64,000 nucleotides of DNA, taken from contig CBDCDZ010000004.1 in assembly GCA_965215565.1 (NCBI GenBank), positions 4,160,001-4,224,000 of the forward strand, given 5' to 3'. Under the pieces are notes generated by a model, which was given only the letters and a program-made list of their open reading frames with translations, had not been told where the DNA came from and did no database searches. Of this stretch, positions 59,495-64,000 are shown piece by piece. Numbering within the stretch: position 1 is the first letter of the stretch; each line of letters opens with the position of its first letter. The translations under genes and the position numbers were made by a program. This stretch comes from Trueperaceae bacterium. GTDB lineage: Bacteria; Deinococcota; Deinococci; Deinococcales; Trueperaceae.

Positions 59495-61615
59495 ATGAGG
59501 TTTTTGATTATTCTGATTCCGCTCTGCGCCGTCGGCGCGCTTGTAGCGGCAGCTTACTTCGCGCGGCGCATCTTAGCCGCCGAGACCGGCAACGCGCGTA
59601 TGGTGGAAATTTCGGACGCCGTCAAGCAGGGCGCGATGGCCTACATGAGCCGCCAGACGCAGACTATCGCAGTGGTCGCGGCGATCATCACCGCGCTCTT
59701 CGCGGTGGTTGCGCTGACTCAGAGCGGCTTCGAGGCGACGCTCTGGTGGTGGACCACGGCGGGCTTCGTCGTCGGGGCGCTCTTTTCAGCGGTGAGCGGC
59801 TACATCGGCATGAATATCGCGGTGAGGACGAACGTGCGTGTGGCGCAGTCGGCGCGGAGTGGGCTTTTAGGGGCGCTCGAGATCGCCTTTAACGGCGGCG
59901 CGGTAGCGGGCTTAGCCGTCGCGGGTTTAGCGCTTCTAGGCGTGAGTGGCTTTTTCTTCCTCTTTTATTCGGTTTTCAATCTGGAGAACCCCGTCGAACC
60001 GCTCGTCGGCTTCGCCTTCGGCGCAAGTTTGATCAGCCTTTTCGCCCGTGTCGGCGGCGGCATCTACACGAAAGCGGCGGACGTGGGCGCGGACCTTGTC
60101 GGTAAAGTCGAAGCGGGCATCCCCGAGGATGACCCACGCAACCCGGCGGTCATTGCGGACAACGTCGGCGACAACGTGGGCGACTGCGCGGGTATGGGCG
60201 CGGACCTCTTCGAGACCTACGCGGTGACAGCCATCGGCGCGGTCTTCTTGGGCTACTTGCTCCCTGGTACGGGCGAAATCACAGCGCTCGTCATCTATCC
60301 TTTGGTCCTCGGCGCGATTGCGATTTTAGCGAGCGTCGCAGGCGTCTTTTTTGTCAAGCTAGACGACGACTTAAACATCATGAAAGCGCTTTATAAGGGT
60401 GTCTTCGTAAGCGCGGGTATCAGCGTGGTGGGCTTCTTCTTAGTTTCCATCATCGCCTTCGCCCGCTTCGACTTTTCGGCAGTCGGGCTCGTCTCCGAAC
60501 TTACCGGGCTCAGCACCTTTCCGCCTACGACGAACTGGTTCACGGTCTTTTTAGCGTCCGTCGTCGGCATGGGCGTGGTGCTCCTCCTCATGTTCATCAC
60601 GGAGTATTACACCTCGACGCGTTACGCTCCCGTGCAACGTGTGGCGCGGGCGTCAGAGACGGGTAGCGCGACGAACATCATCAGCGGTTTAGCCGTCGGG
60701 ATGCAGAGCACCGCTGTGCCCGTGATTATCCTCGCCTTTGCGATTTTCTTCTCCTATCAGCTCGCCGGGCTCTACGGCATCGGCGTCGCGGCGGTCGCGA
60801 TGCTCTCGGTTACGGGCATGATCGTCGCGATGGACACCTACGGCCCCATCACCGACAACGCGGGCGGCATCGCGGAGATGAGCGAGTTGCCCGAAGAGGT
60901 CAGAGAGGTCACGGACGCGCTCGACGCGGTGGGCAACACGACGAAAGCCGTGACAAAAGGTTACGCCATCGGCTCGGCGGCGTTGGCGGCGCTGGTTCTC
61001 TTCGCGGACTACACCTACCGCTTGGACTTAGGCGCGGGCGCGTTCCGTTTGGATGACCCCATCGTGCTCGTCGGGCTCTTCCTCGGCGCGATGTTGCCCT
61101 TTCTCTTTTCGGCGTTCCTCATGGAGTCCGTAGGTAAGGCGGCGGGCAGCGTCATCGAAGAGGTGCGCAGGCAGTTCCGCGATATTCCGGGCATCATGGA
61201 AGGTACTGCGAAACCTGAATACGGCAAAGCGGTCGACATCGTGACCCGCGCCGCCCTTCGTGAGATGGCGCTGCCGGGCATCCTCGCTGTCGTCTCCCCG
61301 CTCATCGTCGGCTTCTTGTTCGGACCACTCGCGCTCGGCGGACTGCTCATCGGCGTCATCGGCAGCGGCTTGATGATGGCTTTGATGATGTCCAATGGCG
61401 GCGGCGCGTGGGACAACGCGAAGAAGTACATCGAGGACGGCAACCACGGCGGCAAAAACAGCGAGGCGCACGCGGCGTCGGTCGTGGGGGACACCGTCGG
61501 TGATCCTTACAAGGACACGGCAGGGCCGTCTATCAACCCGCTCATCAAGGTCATCAACACGGTAGCGCTGATTTTCGCGGGTATTATCGCGAGCGTCGGT
61601 GGGATATTGATGTAG
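59495..61615 (+). CDS. hppA: Membrane-bound H+-translocating pyrophosphatase (K+-independent type)
   Basis: [45 protein letters not shown]. Confidence 0.95.
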   Translation: MRFLIILIPLCAVGALVAAAYFARRILAAETGNARMVEISDAVKQGAMAYMSRQTQTIAVVAAIITALFAVVALTQSGFEATLWWWTTAGFVVGALFSAVSGYIGMNIAVRTNVRVAQSARSGLLGALEIAFNGGAVAGLAVAGLALLGVSGFFFLFYSVFNLENPVEPLVGFAFGASLISLFARVGGGIYTKAADVGADLVGKVEAGIPEDDPRNPAVIADNVGDNVGDCAGMGADLFETYAVTAIGAVFLGYLLPGTGEITALVIYPLVLGAIAILASVAGVFFVKLDDDLNIMKALYKGVFVSAGISVVGFFLVSIIAFARFDFSAVGLVSELTGLSTFPPTTNWFTVFLASVVGMGVVLLLMFITEYYTSTRYAPVQRVARASETGSATNIISGLAVGMQSTAVPVIILAFAIFFSYQLAGLYGIGVAAVAMLSVTGMIVAMDTYGPITDNAGGIAEMSELPEEVREVTDALDAVGNTTKAVTKGYAIGSAALAALVLFADYTYRLDLGAGAFRLDDPIVLVGLFLGAMLPFLFSAFLMESVGKAAGSVIEEVRRQFRDIPGIMEGTAKPEYGKAVDIVTRAALREMALPGILAVVSPLIVGFLFGPLALGGLLIGVIGSGLMMALMMSNGGGAWDNAKKYIEDGNHGGKNSEAHAASVVGDTVGDPYKDTAGPSINPLIKVINTVALIFAGIIASVGGILM

Positions 61616-61705
61616 CGCAGTTTATAACTCGAGTTTCCTGCTTTGTATCAAGTCTGGGGTCTGCCTCGTGCAGACCCTTCGTCTTATATCAACGTTCCGA
61701 AAACC

Positions 61706-62602
61706 TCACGTATACCTCTCGATAGCATCAGCAACTAACTTTCGGAGTTCGCGAAGTTGACCTTCAATGTTCGAAACAGTTTCATCCCAGTTGAATTTGT
61801 CAGTACTCCGGTCATGAGCATGACCAACATCGTTTCTGTGCTTTGTAAATAAGGTTTCCTGCCACTTTTTTACACTTCCCCCGTTCGATGTTGATACCCC
61901 CGGAGTTTCTCCATACCGCGTAACAACTCCGACGCTCGAGCCCAAGGCATCTTTTATAAAATTATCTACTTCATTTTGAGATGGTCTCTTGTTCTTGTCT
62001 TTATTATTTTGCCTGCGTTGTTTTACAACGGGCTCTACAACAAAAAGAAGTGTATTGTAGAGCAAGAGGTAGCTTACAACAGCATCGTCAACAGATAAGG
62101 ACGTTTTTAGCATTTTAGAAGCTATTTCTCGCTGCCGCGAAGGTGTGTCTTTGCTGAAATCCCCCAGCTTATGCAGATAGTTTTTTACCTCTTCTGAGTC
62201 GTTATGAAGTGCCCGAGTCGTCGAGTTTTCATGAAATAAAGATACTCTGTGCTCATTTGTTATAAAAGCTTGATCTTCACTACAAATTCTTCCTCTCTCA
62301 TAACGAACGCTTCCAACGTAGTTCAGGGTATGCAAAAATGTGAGGACAAACTGTTCCACCAACAGTTCTACCCAATATGCAAATTTCTGGTGTAAATCAG
62401 CTACTTGCCTCTCAGACTCATCAAGTTGGTCAATTTTGATCTTCATGTTCAGCAATATTTTTCTATCTGGTTGCTTTTGAGTCGTAAGAGTTAGGTGGGC
62501 TACTTCAGGTCTCGGTCTGTCTTTTTTCATGGGTTCAGTAAGCTCTAAGCCTGCAATTTCTATTGAGTAGCTGAGGCTTGCGGTTCTTTGATTAGAATTC
62601 AT
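61706..62602 (-). CDS. AT-rich hypothetical protein with a HEPN-like RxxxxH motif
   Basis: RNDVGH near the C-terminus; low GC. Confidence 0.5.
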   Translation of the reverse strand: MNSNQRTASLSYSIEIAGLELTEPMKKDRPRPEVAHLTLTTQKQPDRKILLNMKIKIDQLDESERQVADLHQKFAYWVELLVEQFVLTFLHTLNYVGSVRYERGRICSEDQAFITNEHRVSLFHENSTTRALHNDSEEVKNYLHKLGDFSKDTPSRQREIASKMLKTSLSVDDAVVSYLLLYNTLLFVVEPVVKQRRQNNKDKNKRPSQNEVDNFIKDALGSSVGVVTRYGETPGVSTSNGGSVKKWQETLFTKHRNDVGHAHDRSTDKFNWDETVSNIEGQLRELRKLVADAIERYT

Positions 62603-62611
62603 ATTTAGATT

Positions 62612-63457
62612 TTACTCTTTACTACCTCTTTGCCTCACCACCGTGATAATATGCGTCCCTCCGTCCAAATTCCCAGGCTCCGCGCACAGCTTCTGCTCCC
62701 ACCTGAGCACCTTCTCCCACACCTCTTTCTCCTGCTCATAAACTCTCGCGACCTCTTCACTATGCGAGGTCGTGAGGTGATTCGACGCGGTCGCGGCGAG
62801 AAGCTCACAGCCGTGACGCTCTAAGAGCGCTTCGAGTTCAGCCCAGGTGTACATCTTCATCGCGTGACCTCTCGCGAACGCTTTGGGTAGCACGCCCGTT
62901 TTGATAACCTCTTCGGCGGCACCTAAGCCGTATGAGCGCACGAATTCCAAAACGCCCGGTAAAAAGACGCGCGTCGCGCCGATTTTGGACATGACGCTGA
63001 GGAGTAGAGGTCCACCCGGTTGGGTGACGCGGAGCAGTTCGGCGAGGGCGTCGTCAGCTCGTTCCATCACGTAGCTGAGCGGACCGCCGTAGCAGAGGGT
63101 AGCGTTAAACGCCCCGTCTTCGAAACGTGACAAGTCGGTGATGTCGAGTTTGTGGTGGGCTTGGATGAAGGACTCGAGCCCCGCCTCTTTCACCCGCTCG
63201 CGGTTCTGCGCCAACTGCTGCTCGGAAATGTCTCCCACGGTCACCTTCGCGCCTAGCTTAGCGAGTTCAGTCGTGAAGCGCCCCGGTCCTGCGCCTGCAT
63301 CTAAAACGTGCATCTCGCCCTGAACAAACCTCTTCAGATAATGCGTGTGCAGATGCAAGCTCACCCGATCCAAAGGTGCCTCGAAGCGGTTCCACTCGCG
63401 CTCGCCGTAGGCGTCGAAGAAGCGGGCGATGTGTTCGGCGTCGTAACGTGTCGGCAC
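62612..63457 (-). CDS. Class I SAM-dependent methyltransferase
   Basis: VLDAGAGPGRF, GDIS, GGPLSY, LLRV..PGG. Confidence 0.88.
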   Translation of the reverse strand: MPTRYDAEHIARFFDAYGEREWNRFEAPLDRVSLHLHTHYLKRFVQGEMHVLDAGAGPGRFTTELAKLGAKVTVGDISEQQLAQNRERVKEAGLESFIQAHHKLDITDLSRFEDGAFNATLCYGGPLSYVMERADDALAELLRVTQPGGPLLLSVMSKIGATRVFLPGVLEFVRSYGLGAAEEVIKTGVLPKAFARGHAMKMYTWAELEALLERHGCELLAATASNHLTTSHSEEVARVYEQEKEVWEKVLRWEQKLCAEPGNLDGGTHIITVVRQRGSKE

Positions 63458-63502
63458 CCTTCACTTTACCCCCACCTCGTGTTTACCTTACGGTAGCTGC
63501 GG

Positions 63503-64000
63503 TCAGGGATGCTGGTTAGGAACGTGGGCTCGCTGCGGGCTCGCCTGTTCGAAGCGGCGCGTCGGCTCGCTGTACTCGTCACTATATTCACCTCTACGTC
63601 CCTGCCTCTCCGCCGCCAAGCGCCACACGAACGCGGCAATTAGGCTCGCCACCACCATCTCGCCGCCGTCCTCGAGCACCGCGAAGCCCTCTTGCAGCGC
63701 CACCGGCGACGCGCGAAATAAGCTGTGCACGACGTCTAAGCCCAAGCCGAAGACGCCGAGCAGGGCGAAGCGCCAAGCGAGTCGCCTGGAAAGGTGACGT
63801 AATTTGGGCGTGGCGCGTCGGTACGATATCCAGAGCGCCAAGAGCACGGCGACGCCTAGGGCGCTCCAGGTGATCAGCTCGCCGAAATCTTGTCCGCGCA
63901 GCCCTAAAGCGTGCGGAATGTCAAAACGGCTCACGAGGAACCTGCCCCCTCTTTCGTGGAGGCCGAGCGCGTCATCGAGGAGCGCCAAGGTAAAAATAGA
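63503..64000 (-). CDS. Membrane protein, partial (starts beyond the window)
   Basis: LDD.L.LHE..G, LDVVHS, EDGGEM hydrophobic pattern. Confidence 0.65.
   Translation of the reverse strand, partial: SIFTLALLDDALGLHERGGRFLVSRFDIPHALGLRGQDFGELITWSALGVAVLLALWISYRRATPKLRHLSRRLAWRFALLGVFGLGLDVVHSLFRASPVALQEGFAVLEDGGEMVVASLIAAFVWRLAAERQGRRGEYSDEYSEPTRRFEQASPQRAHVPNQHP

Noticed and set aside
1..64000. Numerous long antisense or alternative-frame ORFs; tRNA/rRNA genes
   Set aside because: The ORFs are GC-rich shadows of well-supported genes; no tRNA or rRNA signatures were recognised.

Overview
A 64-kb chromosomal segment, most likely from a Deinococcota (Trueperaceae-like) bacterium. The taxonomy is inferred from the V/A-ATPase operon with a signal-peptide-bearing K subunit, nurA-herA, dnaJ-hspR and many leaderless genes. 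Ordinary content: V/A-type ATP synthase operon (I'-K-E-C-F-A-B-D), an Aap/Bzt-type amino-acid ABC transporter, nurA-herA, dnaJ-hspR, ald, truB, hppA, GH15, two diguanylate cyclases, fasciclin proteins and an S8 protease. The most striking feature is a ~6-kb toxin-antitoxin/defence array (19.4-25.4 kb) directly downstream of herA. Unrelated modules (HicB+DUF433, ParE pair, DUF262-DUF1524, BrnTA-like, RelE-like pair, PD-(D/E)XK-like protein) are separated by five direct repeats. These repeats are relics of the 3' end of a yefM-yoeB operon and all end at a GCTCGAG(C) palindrome, giving a cassette-like architecture with no attC or integrase visible. Other notable signals: GCTCGAGC is strongly over-represented (HIP-like); a dispersed MITE family has short TIRs and 3-bp target duplications; a large LOV-PAS histidine kinase is frameshifted; an AapQ permease carries a large Ca-binding-type insertion; and an AhcY-like enzyme has altered catalytic residues. 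All calls come from reading the sequence by eye; no database searches were run.
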